From positions 1,868,838 to 1,932,837 of the forward strand of contig OY782822.1 in the NCBI GenBank assembly GCA_963678335.1: DNA of 64,000 nt, in the 5' to 3' direction. The notes beneath the pieces are model-generated. The model was not told where the DNA came from. It saw only the letters and a list, made by a program, of their open reading frames with translations, and did no database searches. The translations under genes and the position numbers were made by a program. Source of the DNA: Arcobacteraceae bacterium. Its GTDB lineage: Bacteria > Campylobacterota > Campylobacteria > Campylobacterales > Arcobacteraceae. Numbering within the stretch: position 1 is the first letter of the stretch; each line of letters begins with the position of its first letter. Of the stretch, positions 55,863 through 64,000 are shown in pieces.

Positions 55863-56798
55863 ATGTCGAAAAGCTATAAAAGTTTCATATTTTTCTTTAT
55901 TATTATAATCGCAGTTTTGCTTTATTTCTTGAAAATGTACAATGAGATACTCCAAAAAGAGCAGACAGATACCCTTGTCTCGAAAAATATCGAGATAATA
56001 AACAACGAGATAAGCTACCAGAAAAAGTATGCCTTGTCTTTGGCTATCCTTTTTTCAAAGAATGAAACCATCATCAATAATTTATATTATAATAATAGAG
56101 AAAAAACAAAACAAGAGCTTGTAAATCTCCTTGATACCATCTCGGACTATACCAGCCTTAAAAATATCCAGGTGCAGGTGCATACAAGACAGCTTGAGGT
56201 ATTCGTAAGGAGCTGGGAAGACAAAGATACCGGGATGAACCTGGAAAGTTTCAGGAAGGGACTTGTAAAAGTGAAAAAGACCCTGCAGCCTTATGTATCC
56301 AACGAGCTTGGGAAAAGATTCAATATAAAAGCGATCTCCCCTGTTTTTAAAGAAGGCACGTACATAGGCTCTATAGAGATCATAACAGACTACACTCTTT
56401 TAAAAAGCCGCTTGAAACCCATGGGGATCGATACTATGCCCATACTGAACAAAAAGTTTTTAAATATCGCGAAATACCATAGGGACAACAAGCCTCTTTT
56501 TGATTTTGTTGTGATAGACGACAGCTACGATAAAAAGCTTTTTGATCTTTTGTCTCACAACAAGGAGATATTGAAAATGGAGAAAAGCTATTATTCTTTG
56601 GGACAGAAGATAGTGGCGTTTATCCCTTTGGGGCATAAAGGGGACGAAGTGATAAGCTACCTGGTTTCGATGTTTGACAAGAAAGAGCAGAACTTCAACT
56701 ATCTGCCAAACTACGAATATCCGGGATCTTTGCCCAAAAACGGGAATGTTTCGGGCAGTTTCGGGGAAAAAGAAAAAAGGGAAATTATTATAAAGTAG
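55863..56798 (+). CDS. Membrane-anchored Cache-like sensor domain protein
   Basis: 311 aa with an N-terminal TM segment and an extracytoplasmic Cache-like region (RSWEDKDTGMNLESFRKG...ISPVFKEGTYIGSIEIITDY). It sits immediately upstream of the two-component pair. Confidence 0.5.
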   Translation: MSKSYKSFIFFFIIIIAVLLYFLKMYNEILQKEQTDTLVSKNIEIINNEISYQKKYALSLAILFSKNETIINNLYYNNREKTKQELVNLLDTISDYTSLKNIQVQVHTRQLEVFVRSWEDKDTGMNLESFRKGLVKVKKTLQPYVSNELGKRFNIKAISPVFKEGTYIGSIEIITDYTLLKSRLKPMGIDTMPILNKKFLNIAKYHRDNKPLFDFVVIDDSYDKKLFDLLSHNKEILKMEKSYYSLGQKIVAFIPLGHKGDEVISYLVSMFDKKEQNFNYLPNYEYPGSLPKNGNVSGSFGEKEKREIIIK

Positions 56799-56802
56799 GA
56801 TT

Positions 56803-57462
56803 ATGAGGATTTTATTGCTGGAAGATGATTATTTATACCAGGTATCGATCAAAGAGTTTCTTGAGGATATGGGTTTTGAGGTTGATGCCTTTGATAACGG
56901 GGATGATGCCTTTAATTCCCTGTTTGAAAAATATTACGACCTTCTTTTACTGGATGTAAGGGTTCCCGGGATGAACGGCTTTGAAGTTGTCGAAAATCTT
57001 AGAAAGCAGAATATCACTACTCCTGTGATAATCCTGACTTCCCTGACAGATATAAACAGCTTGAGCCAGGGATATGAGCTTGGGTGTAATGATTATCTGA
57101 AAAAGCCTTTTGACCTGCTTGAGCTGAAATACAGAGTCGAACAGCTGGTGAAATCAAGCTGTTACTCAAGCAGCGAAAACATTATAGAGCTTCCCTCTAG
57201 TTTCAGTTTTGATATAAAAGAGGATATCTTGTATCTGGATAAAGATATCATTGATCTAAGCCAGAAAGAAAAAGAGCTGGTCTCTATGCTGATTCAAAAC
57301 CGGGGAGTCTATCTTTCCATAGAAAAGCTTCACGAAAATATCTGGGATAACAAAGAGATATCCTATGCGGATATAAGGATGTGCATAAAAAGGATCAGGG
57401 ACAAAACATCCAAAGATTTTATAAAGAACAAAAGATTCGTAGGTTATAAAATTGATAAATAA
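56803..57462 (+). CDS. OmpR/PhoB-family response regulator
   Basis: 219 aa with MRILLLEDD, LLLLDVRVPGMNG and KKPF, and a winged-helix C-terminus (RMCIKRIRDK...GYKI). Confidence 0.9.
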   Translation: MRILLLEDDYLYQVSIKEFLEDMGFEVDAFDNGDDAFNSLFEKYYDLLLLDVRVPGMNGFEVVENLRKQNITTPVIILTSLTDINSLSQGYELGCNDYLKKPFDLLELKYRVEQLVKSSCYSSSENIIELPSSFSFDIKEDILYLDKDIIDLSQKEKELVSMLIQNRGVYLSIEKLHENIWDNKEISYADIRMCIKRIRDKTSKDFIKNKRFVGYKIDK

Positions 57463-58609
57463 TCGAACCGATACCAAATATATCTTCGTACAGGTGATTT
57501 TGACCCTGGCTATTGCATTTATACCCATATATTTCTACCTTGACGCCTCTTTGGAAAACCAGAGCATCAAGGACAAGATAGGGCTGCAGAACTATGCAGA
57601 CTCGGTATTCGGGAAGATAAAGAATTTTGAGCAGGAGAACAGCGACATTTTTTATTACCCAAGGTCGAACATATACAGGTCGGGTATATTTGACAACGGT
57701 GATAAAAAGATATTTTCCACCCTTAATTTGAATGAATCCCACAAGTTCGATACCAGTTTCATAAGCTACGGGGAATCCATCTGCTATAAGGATTATCTTG
57801 CATCAAATATTTTAAATGCGGGCTACATAACCGTGTGCAAGGATATAAATAACACCCAGATAATATACAATGTGCTGATACTCCTGCTTTCCCTTGCGTG
57901 CCTTATATTCCTGTCGTCGTTTTTTATCATCAAGCAAAGCACGGAACCATATAAGAAGCTGAACAAATATCTGGACAACTTTATAAAAGACGCCATGCAT
58001 GAGCTCAAAACTCCCTTGGGGGTTGCCAGGATAAACCTGGATATGCTTGCCATGAAAACGGACCATAACAAATACACCTCAAGGATCAATTCCGCACTAA
58101 AGAACATGACCCTGGTATATGAGGACCTGGAATATTATATCCAGAGAAATCTGCCCTACAGAAAGAAAAAAGATATCGACCTTTCAAGTTTCCTTAGAAG
58201 AAGGATAGAGTTCTTTAAAGACCTGGCCGATGCCAAGGATATAAGAGTGGAAACCAGTATAGAGGATAATGTAAATATATTCTTTGACGAGATGGAGCTT
58301 TCCAGGCTTATAGACAACAATCTTTCAAACAGCATAAAATATTCAAAGAACGATACCAGAATTGATATTTCCCTGAAAGTAACGAAAGAGTATTTTGTAT
58401 TGAACTTCAAGGACCAGGGCGTGGGGATAAAAGATAAAAGCAGGATCTTCAACAGGTACTACAGGGGCGACAAGATAAGCGGAGGATTTGGTATAGGGCT
58501 TAGCATCGTTAAAAAGATCTGCGATGATAACGACGTCAAGATCAGGGTAAACAGCAAGCAAAACAGCGGAAGCAGTTTCAGGTACTTTTTCCCTGTTCCT
58601 TCAGTTTAG
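57452..58609 (+). CDS. Sensor histidine kinase (HisKA + HATPase_c)
   Basis: 385 aa with two TM segments, the H-box FIKDAMHELKTPL, the N-box DNNLSNSIKYS and the G-boxes DQGVGI and GGFGIGLSIVKK. It overlaps the response-regulator gene by 11 nt. Confidence 0.9.
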   Translation: MINNRTDTKYIFVQVILTLAIAFIPIYFYLDASLENQSIKDKIGLQNYADSVFGKIKNFEQENSDIFYYPRSNIYRSGIFDNGDKKIFSTLNLNESHKFDTSFISYGESICYKDYLASNILNAGYITVCKDINNTQIIYNVLILLLSLACLIFLSSFFIIKQSTEPYKKLNKYLDNFIKDAMHELKTPLGVARINLDMLAMKTDHNKYTSRINSALKNMTLVYEDLEYYIQRNLPYRKKKDIDLSSFLRRRIEFFKDLADAKDIRVETSIEDNVNIFFDEMELSRLIDNNLSNSIKYSKNDTRIDISLKVTKEYFVLNFKDQGVGIKDKSRIFNRYYRGDKISGGFGIGLSIVKKICDDNDVKIRVNSKQNSGSSFRYFFPVPSV

Positions 58610-59151
58610 CTGCATTTTACGGGAGCTTGGATTATCCTGTTAAAGAGTTTGAGCTTTTTGGTATAGGGAAGCCATTTTATAAGGAAAGTTGCCAAAGATT
58701 CCCATAATGAGACCCAGCCTGCTACCATCAGGCCTTCCGATATGACCTCCTGAACCACATTGTCGTTGTGCTCCCCGAATATTATGGCCATGGCGGTAAA
58801 GAACACCCCTATTGCCATAAAAATGAGGGAGTTCTTTATCTGTTCTTTCATGTTTTTTCTTTCAAGCTCCGTCAGGTAGTTGAAAAACTTGTGGATGCTG
58901 TTTTTTATCTTTGTTATCTCATTTTCGGTTATCTTCTCTTTGAAATAAAACTCTATGATAAAATTCTCATTGGACAGCTCCTTGACGCTGTCTATGATAT
59001 ACTCCACAAGCTCTTCGTTCAGGTCCTTTTTCAAAAAGGAGGACTCCTTGTCAAAGTCGTTGTAGATATCTTCTACCCTTTTTGCCGATATTTTGATGAT
59101 AAGCTCACCGTTGTCGTTTTTGTCGTATCTGTCTAATATATCTTTTTTCAT
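58606..59151 (-). CDS. Hypothetical membrane protein (soluble N-terminal domain + 2 TM)
   Basis: 181 aa with C-terminal hydrophobic segments (LIFMAIGVFFTAMAIIF and GLMVAGWVSLWESLATFLI). No family recognised. Confidence 0.55.
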   Translation of the reverse strand: MKKDILDRYDKNDNGELIIKISAKRVEDIYNDFDKESSFLKKDLNEELVEYIIDSVKELSNENFIIEFYFKEKITENEITKIKNSIHKFFNYLTELERKNMKEQIKNSLIFMAIGVFFTAMAIIFGEHNDNVVQEVISEGLMVAGWVSLWESLATFLIKWLPYTKKLKLFNRIIQAPVKCS

Positions 59152-59174
59152 GGAATCTGCCCTGAAAAGTGAAA

Positions 59175-59435
59175 TTAATAAATATCCCCTCTATTGTCTC
59201 CGTCGATCATAAGTATTATCAACTCGTCATCTATAACTTCATAGATGAATCTGTAGTTGTTGATCCTTAATCTGTAAAACGGGGAGTTAGAGAGTTTTTT
59301 TATATCCAGTAAAGAGTTTGGATATGGATTGTTTTTAAGAATTTTCAGTTTTGAATCTATATTTTCTTTATCTTTTGGATTTCTTTTTTGAATAAACTTT
59401 ATAACCTTCTTTTTAAGGATAAGTTTATAATCCAT
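59175..59435 (-). CDS. RelE/ParE-family type II toxin
   Basis: 86 aa. YRLRINNYRFIYEVIDDELIILMIDGDNRGDIY is the classic RelE/ParE C-terminal pattern. It overlaps the upstream small gene by 1 nt. Confidence 0.8.
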   Translation of the reverse strand: MDYKLILKKKVIKFIQKRNPKDKENIDSKLKILKNNPYPNSLLDIKKLSNSPFYRLRINNYRFIYEVIDDELIILMIDGDNRGDIY

Positions 59436-59668
59436 TATAGAACATACTCTTCAAAATCGTCTTTATCACCGTTTTTATATTTTGATGATAATTGTTTTAA
59501 TTCGTTCATTTTTTCTTCCGGGATATAATCAAAATCATTGACAGGAAGCTTTGAAGCATCTATATCGTTTACTATATCTATCTCGTTTTTTGAGAAGTGA
59601 CTTATCAGCCATTGAAACTTATCAAAAACAGATTCATCCACTTTTAACGTGATTGTTTCCATAATCAC
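59435..59668 (-). CDS. Putative cognate antitoxin
   Basis: 77 aa and acidic. It lies upstream of the RelE-like gene and is translationally coupled to it. No clear fold recognised. Confidence 0.55.
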   Translation of the reverse strand: MIMETITLKVDESVFDKFQWLISHFSKNEIDIVNDIDASKLPVNDFDYIPEEKMNELKQLSSKYKNGDKDDFEEYVL

Positions 59669-59716
59669 TCCTTTATATTTATTTGGTATTTTAGCACAAC
59701 TATAGATTTTTTACAA

Positions 59717-60658
59717 TTATATTAATCCTAGTTCTTCGCTGATATCTTTTATAAGTTTTGATAGCGGGCGTTTATTGATGTCTTTATCCTCAATATATCC
59801 TGAGGTAATTAATCTTAATATATCTTCTTTATTACTAAATAATTTACCTTCAAAAGTTTCTAATAATTCATTGATGTAATCATCTGAGTAAATTACTCTT
59901 TTTTGTAAAAGTTCTGATATGATATCTTTGTGTTCATTATATAAATTATCTATATTGAAAACTTCAATATGTTTTTCAACTTTTTCTTTATTGTTTTTTA
60001 TATCAAATTCCAGTTCTATTCTTCTTTCATCAAAAAAATCAATATTTTGTTCTATCAATTTTTTTCTTTCTTTTATACCTTTAATTTTAAACTTCATATC
60101 ATCATTAAAGCTTTCATTATAAGGATAAAATATATTTTCCTGTTTTGTTGATTTTCTTTGATTGCAGGTACTACAGCTTGGTACTAAATTATAGATACTA
60201 ACTGCTAAGTAAGGGTAATCTTTCTTATCAAAAAAGTGATCTAATTGTGCCGTAGCATTTTGCTTATTTGCTTTTGTAAAATTTAAAATATAATTTCTAT
60301 TGCAATATGGGCAGACTTTTACATCCAGGTCTTTTATAAAGTTTGCATTGTTTAATCTTGAATATAAAGTAAGAAATATATCTTTTTGTTTTCTTGTTAA
60401 TTTTGTTCTGGCTTGGTTTTTATCAAGGTAATCTATTAATTTGCACAGATCAGTATAGTTCATTTTTATAAGCTTTTCAAGGTTAATATTTTCATCAAAT
60501 CCTTTTAGTTTTTTATTGATTAAAGTGTCAAAATCTTTATTAGAGATTTCCCACTTCATTTTTTTCTCATTTTTAGAGATATTGTCGTTTACAAATTTAT
60601 TTTTAATTTGATTAAAAAAGTTATCTTTTGTTTGTTGGGAAATATTAATTTTGACCAT
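59717..60658 (-). CDS. ptuB: HNH endonuclease, PtuB-like (Septu-type partner nuclease)
   Basis: 313 aa with CPYCNRNY ... LDHFFDKKDYPYLAVSIYNLVPSCSTCNQRK (Cys4 + His/Asn HNH arrangement). It overlaps the upstream ATPase gene by 14 nt. Confidence 0.6.
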   Translation of the reverse strand: MVKINISQQTKDNFFNQIKNKFVNDNISKNEKKMKWEISNKDFDTLINKKLKGFDENINLEKLIKMNYTDLCKLIDYLDKNQARTKLTRKQKDIFLTLYSRLNNANFIKDLDVKVCPYCNRNYILNFTKANKQNATAQLDHFFDKKDYPYLAVSIYNLVPSCSTCNQRKSTKQENIFYPYNESFNDDMKFKIKGIKERKKLIEQNIDFFDERRIELEFDIKNNKEKVEKHIEVFNIDNLYNEHKDIISELLQKRVIYSDDYINELLETFEGKLFSNKEDILRLITSGYIEDKDINKRPLSKLIKDISEELGLI

Positions 60659-62459
60659 TTTTCAGCTTTTCTAATTCTTGTGATAATTCTGCTATCTGCT
60701 TTTCTATATCATCAATTTTATCAACTTTCTTCAACCTTTTACTATCAAGCATTTTTTGAAGTTGTCGTTTTAAGATAGGTTCACCTATTATAGATATAAT
60801 ATTCTCACAATAGTCGATCTCTTCTTTAGATGGACTTATTTTGTTTAAATACTCTATAGCTTTGTTTATTTTTTCTTTTGCAAACTCTCCCATAAGTCCG
60901 TTTTCCATAAAAAAACCGTGGGATAAAAGGGTATGGATATTTGCTCCAAAGGTATCTATATCTACATCTACCTGTTTCCCATTTTTTAAGAAAATTACAT
61001 TTTCTTTTGGTAGATCGGAAAGGATAAAGGGAGAATGAGTTGTAAATATAATATGTAAATATTTATTTTGTTTACCAAAAGTATCAATTAAATAATTTAT
61101 TGTTTTTTTTTGCCATTGTGGATGTAAGTCAATATCAGGTTCATCTAGTAATATAATAAAATTATCAATATTTTTATTATTATTTACAATGGTTGTAATA
61201 TAATATTTTAATCGAAGAAGAGATTTTTCACCACTACTTAAAGAGTTGTATCCAATATTTTTATCTTGATCTTTAAAGTTAATATTAAAACAGCTTGGTA
61301 ATTCTTTAAATATATAAAAATAGTCATTAATTCGAGATAGTTTATTTTTGTTAATTGATATTCTTAAACCTTGATACAAATCATACATTAAGTTATCACC
61401 TAATAATGAATTTAGTATGAGTTTATCTTTTTTTATTTTTTCCGAATAATCAAATAATTCTCCAATCATATATACTATATCCTTGTAATTCATTGGAACA
61501 GAAATTATATTTCCGTTAGAATTTTTAAAATTTTCAATATATTTTATAAGTGCCTTTTCTATAACTTCTTTAAATTCTTTTAAATCATTAATACTTCTTA
61601 ATGGTTCTAAGTTATTTTTAGAGTTAAGTTCAAATAGTAATTTAGCAATAAACGTGTAAATTATAAATAAAAGTTTTTCTGTTATACTTGCATTATCTAA
61701 CTCTTCTGATAATTTTGCAATTCTTTCAAAATACTTTCTATCTACTTTATTAGTTACTCTTGGATTGTATTGTGAGTTTGTTTCTATAATAACTTCATTT
61801 GGATTAAAGTAGTTACTATAGTAACAATTATTTGTATCATTCAAAAGACTCTCAACTAATAATATTAAATCTTTTTGTTCTATGTTATTTATCGAAGATT
61901 TTTTATTGGGATAAATGTTTTTTGATGGATTAAGAGTATTCTTATCATAAATATTAGACATTTGATAGTTATATAAGTTAACTGAAAATTTAGATAAAAG
62001 CTTTTTCAATTTAGAATTATCAGTTTGATATTGATTATGTATTAAAGTAGTTATTTCATGAAACGCATATTCTTTTGGATAAAGATTTACATTAATTGTA
62101 GAAATAATATATTCTTCATTATTATATCTAATTAAAAAAATATGATTTTTATTAATATGCTCTTTAAAATCTTTTTCTAAATTATTTACTAAAAACTCAT
62201 TTATTGTACTCTTTCCACTCCCATTTTCTCCAACAATAGATGTGATATTTATATTATCACCAAAAAAGTTTTTAGGATAATACTCTCCCGTCTTTTCTTT
62301 ATCAATAATTTCAAGTTTACAGTTATCTTTGAGTTTTTCTTTACTATTTTCATCTTTTTCATATTCTGGAAAAAATTCACACTTAAACCTGGGAGAAAAA
62401 TTAAACCCCTGCTTCTTTATATTCTTATACTCTTCTACCCATAAATATACAAGTTCCAA
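60645..62459 (-). CDS. ptuA: ABC/SMC-like AAA ATPase, PtuA-like (Septu-type)
   Basis: 604 aa with Walker A VGENGSGKSTI, an ABC-signature-like LSSGEKSLLRL, Walker B FIILLDEPDIDLHPQWQ and the H-loop FTTHSPFIL. A long insert separates Walker A from the signature motif. Confidence 0.6.
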   Translation of the reverse strand: MELVYLWVEEYKNIKKQGFNFSPRFKCEFFPEYEKDENSKEKLKDNCKLEIIDKEKTGEYYPKNFFGDNINITSIVGENGSGKSTINEFLVNNLEKDFKEHINKNHIFLIRYNNEEYIISTINVNLYPKEYAFHEITTLIHNQYQTDNSKLKKLLSKFSVNLYNYQMSNIYDKNTLNPSKNIYPNKKSSINNIEQKDLILLVESLLNDTNNCYYSNYFNPNEVIIETNSQYNPRVTNKVDRKYFERIAKLSEELDNASITEKLLFIIYTFIAKLLFELNSKNNLEPLRSINDLKEFKEVIEKALIKYIENFKNSNGNIISVPMNYKDIVYMIGELFDYSEKIKKDKLILNSLLGDNLMYDLYQGLRISINKNKLSRINDYFYIFKELPSCFNINFKDQDKNIGYNSLSSGEKSLLRLKYYITTIVNNNKNIDNFIILLDEPDIDLHPQWQKKTINYLIDTFGKQNKYLHIIFTTHSPFILSDLPKENVIFLKNGKQVDVDIDTFGANIHTLLSHGFFMENGLMGEFAKEKINKAIEYLNKISPSKEEIDYCENIISIIGEPILKRQLQKMLDSKRLKKVDKIDDIEKQIAELSQELEKLKNGQN

Positions 62460-62520
62460 TATCGCTCCTAAGTCTAAACTTTTATAGAGATTTTAGCCAA
62501 GTGATTCTTTGATGCCGTTT

Positions 62521-63375
62521 TTATACAAATCTCTCTTTATAGCTGCATTTCTGGCACAGTTCTTCGACCGCTTTTTTATTCTTGAACCCTTGGACAATAT
62601 CTTCTGCCCTTTTTGATTCAAGTATATCTTTTAGGCTGGTTTCAAATATGTTTCCAAGATCTATAACTCCCTCTCCGTCAAGGCAGCAGGGAACGACAGT
62701 GCCGTTTGCAAGTATCGCTATCTGCTTTGAAAGCCCGTGGCAGTAGCCGTGGGAGAAGTGGTCGTTTTGCAGGCTTGGCCACTGGAAATAAACATCAAAG
62801 TTCAAAAGGACTTTGTTATCAAGGCGGATGCTCTTTTTACCCGTTGCATTGCTAAGGTCAATTTTGTAGATATCGCTTAGGTAGTTTAACACTTTTGTAT
62901 TGTAAGTGTCTTCGCTTGCCTTGTCGTCTATGTTCCATAGGCGGAAGTTTATGAACGATTTTGTATTTACTTTTGTTTTCTCCTTGGCAAAAGCAATAAT
63001 AGGAGCCATATAATCTTCAAAACTTATGGTAAGGTCGTTTTTATTGAAGCTGTTAAGGGAGAAGTTTATCTGCTTGATGGCATCGTGAAGCAGTACTTTG
63101 GGGTCTGTTTTGTTTAGAAAATATCCTGTAGTGGTGATATTTGCTTTTATACCCTTCTCTTGGCAGATATCAAGGTAATCATTAAGATTGCTTACGACTA
63201 TGGGATCACCCATAACATGAAGCGCCACTTCGTTTGTGTAGGGTTTGAGCTGGTCAAGAACTTTTGAGAAGTTCCCTAAAGTCATTGTGGTATTTGGTAT
63301 GGTTTTAGGGGGACAGAAACTACATGCCAGGCCGCAGATATTTGTTATCTCCACGTATGCTCTGTAAAATCTCAT
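62521..63375 (-). CDS. Radical SAM protein with a C-terminal SPASM/twitch-like Cys cluster
   Basis: 284 aa with CGLACSFC (Cx3Cx2C) near the N-terminus and a C-terminal PCCLDGEGVIDLGN...CQKCSY. Confidence 0.8.
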   Translation of the reverse strand: MRFYRAYVEITNICGLACSFCPPKTIPNTTMTLGNFSKVLDQLKPYTNEVALHVMGDPIVVSNLNDYLDICQEKGIKANITTTGYFLNKTDPKVLLHDAIKQINFSLNSFNKNDLTISFEDYMAPIIAFAKEKTKVNTKSFINFRLWNIDDKASEDTYNTKVLNYLSDIYKIDLSNATGKKSIRLDNKVLLNFDVYFQWPSLQNDHFSHGYCHGLSKQIAILANGTVVPCCLDGEGVIDLGNIFETSLKDILESKRAEDIVQGFKNKKAVEELCQKCSYKERFV

Positions 63376-63437
63376 ATAGTTTCCCCCTCTAAAATTAAAT
63401 ATTTAGAGTTATATAGAAATTTATGTTAAATCTCTCT

Positions 63438-64000
63438 TTAATTGATGATCCTCATTTTGCTTCCAAGGTTTGCCATCCCGCAGTTATACATGGCGCTTGA
63501 AACAACCCCGTTGATCCCTGTTTCGGCATATTGATCAACATTGTTCAGGTTTATACCGCCTGCTGCCAGTATATTTACACCTGGGAAATGCCTGTTTTTA
63601 TAGTCAACTATGTTTTTCAGCACTTCCAGTTCGATCTTGTCTACCTGGAGTACATCGGCGCCGTTTTTCATCAATGTCACCGCATCTTCGAAATCCTCGG
63701 TTTCAACGACGACCTTTTTTTCGGGAGCTTTTATTTTGAACTCTTTTATTGCATCCAGAAACTCTTTCTCGGTCTCATATACGCTTCTATGCTGAGGGAA
63801 CAGCAGTATCGTCTCGCTTAGTCCAAGCCTGTGGGGCATCGCACCTCCCACCATAATTGCCTTGATAGAGAACTTTTTGGCAAAAGGGAAGCTTTTCCTC
63901 GTTGTAAGAAGTTCGCAGGAGCTGTTTACCTCTTCTATTTTCTTTTTCATATTATTTGTGTATGTAGATATTTTGCAGCTGTATTCAAGAAGTATCTGGC
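63438..64000 (-). CDS. nadC: Nicotinate-nucleotide pyrophosphorylase (carboxylating), C-terminal part. The start lies beyond the right window edge.
   Basis: Motifs GGAMPHRLGLSETILLFPQH, VVVETEDFEDA, DVLQVDK and AAGGINLNNV. The reading frame stays open upstream of the tracked Met at 63950, through to position 64000 (..QILLEYSCKISTYTNNMKKK). Confidence 0.85.
   Translation of the reverse strand, partial: QILLEYSCKISTYTNNMKKKIEEVNSSCELLTTRKSFPFAKKFSIKAIMVGGAMPHRLGLSETILLFPQHRSVYETEKEFLDAIKEFKIKAPEKKVVVETEDFEDAVTLMKNGADVLQVDKIELEVLKNIVDYKNRHFPGVNILAAGGINLNNVDQYAETGINGVVSSAMYNCGMANLGSKMRIIN

Noticed and set aside
1-64000. CRISPR arrays, tRNA/rRNA genes, integrases, and long G/C homopolymer phase-variation tracts
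   Set aside because: I found no regularly spaced repeat arrays, no tRNA-like cloverleaf candidates in the intergenic regions I read, and no recombinase-like ORFs. The longest G/C run I noticed is G6 (about 25275, inside the GH57 gene). That is too short to argue for phase variation. The A/T runs of 8-9 nt are unremarkable in this composition.

Overview
The window looks like an AT-rich chromosomal segment from a Campylobacterota (epsilonproteobacterium-like) organism. This is an inference from gene content: the hypABCDE/hupE Ni-hydrogenase maturation genes, a TsdA-type dihaem cytochrome, a periplasmic LigE-type ligase, and many Cache/PAS/HD-GYP/GGDEF signalling proteins. I found no rRNA, tRNA or CRISPR array.

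Gene order, left to right:
- A minus-strand operon encoding a TonB-dependent receptor, a DUF917 protein, two periplasmic binding proteins and a HAMP/PAS sensor that runs off the left edge.
- selO, then a double-Cache MCP.
- A SagB-type dehydrogenase, a GshB-like ATP-grasp ligase and an unknown 187-aa protein.
- metE, preceded by a 563-nt structured leader.
- A GAF/sigma-54 activator, a redoxin-like protein, a SIR2-like protein, clpX and a small ORF, with a sigma-54-type promoter motif inside the string.
- A flavoprotein and an aldo-keto reductase.
- A GH57 glucan enzyme and pgm.
- LOG, fetB and an ACAD-like gene.
- The hyp operon and hupE.
- An HD-GYP protein.
- A roughly 9.7 kb signalling operon: binding protein, two sensor-fused CheA-like kinases, CheX, CheY, a GGDEF protein and a hybrid kinase.
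- tsdA, then a Cache protein with an OmpR-type two-component pair.
- A radical SAM/SPASM gene and nadC, which is partial at the right edge.

Three stretches look more AT-rich by eye and carry accessory or defence-like cargo:
1. About 31.6-34.8 kb: an orphan 841-aa PD-(D/E)xK nuclease fused to a P-loop NTPase. I consider this the best candidate for an undescribed single-gene defence system.
2. About 36.3-39.1 kb: an insertion between hypD and hypE carrying LigE, an RHH/PIN toxin-antitoxin pair and an unknown 386-aa protein.
3. About 59.2-62.5 kb: a RelE/ParE toxin-antitoxin pair next to a Septu-like ATPase + HNH pair.

All family calls come from motif recognition by eye. No searches were run.
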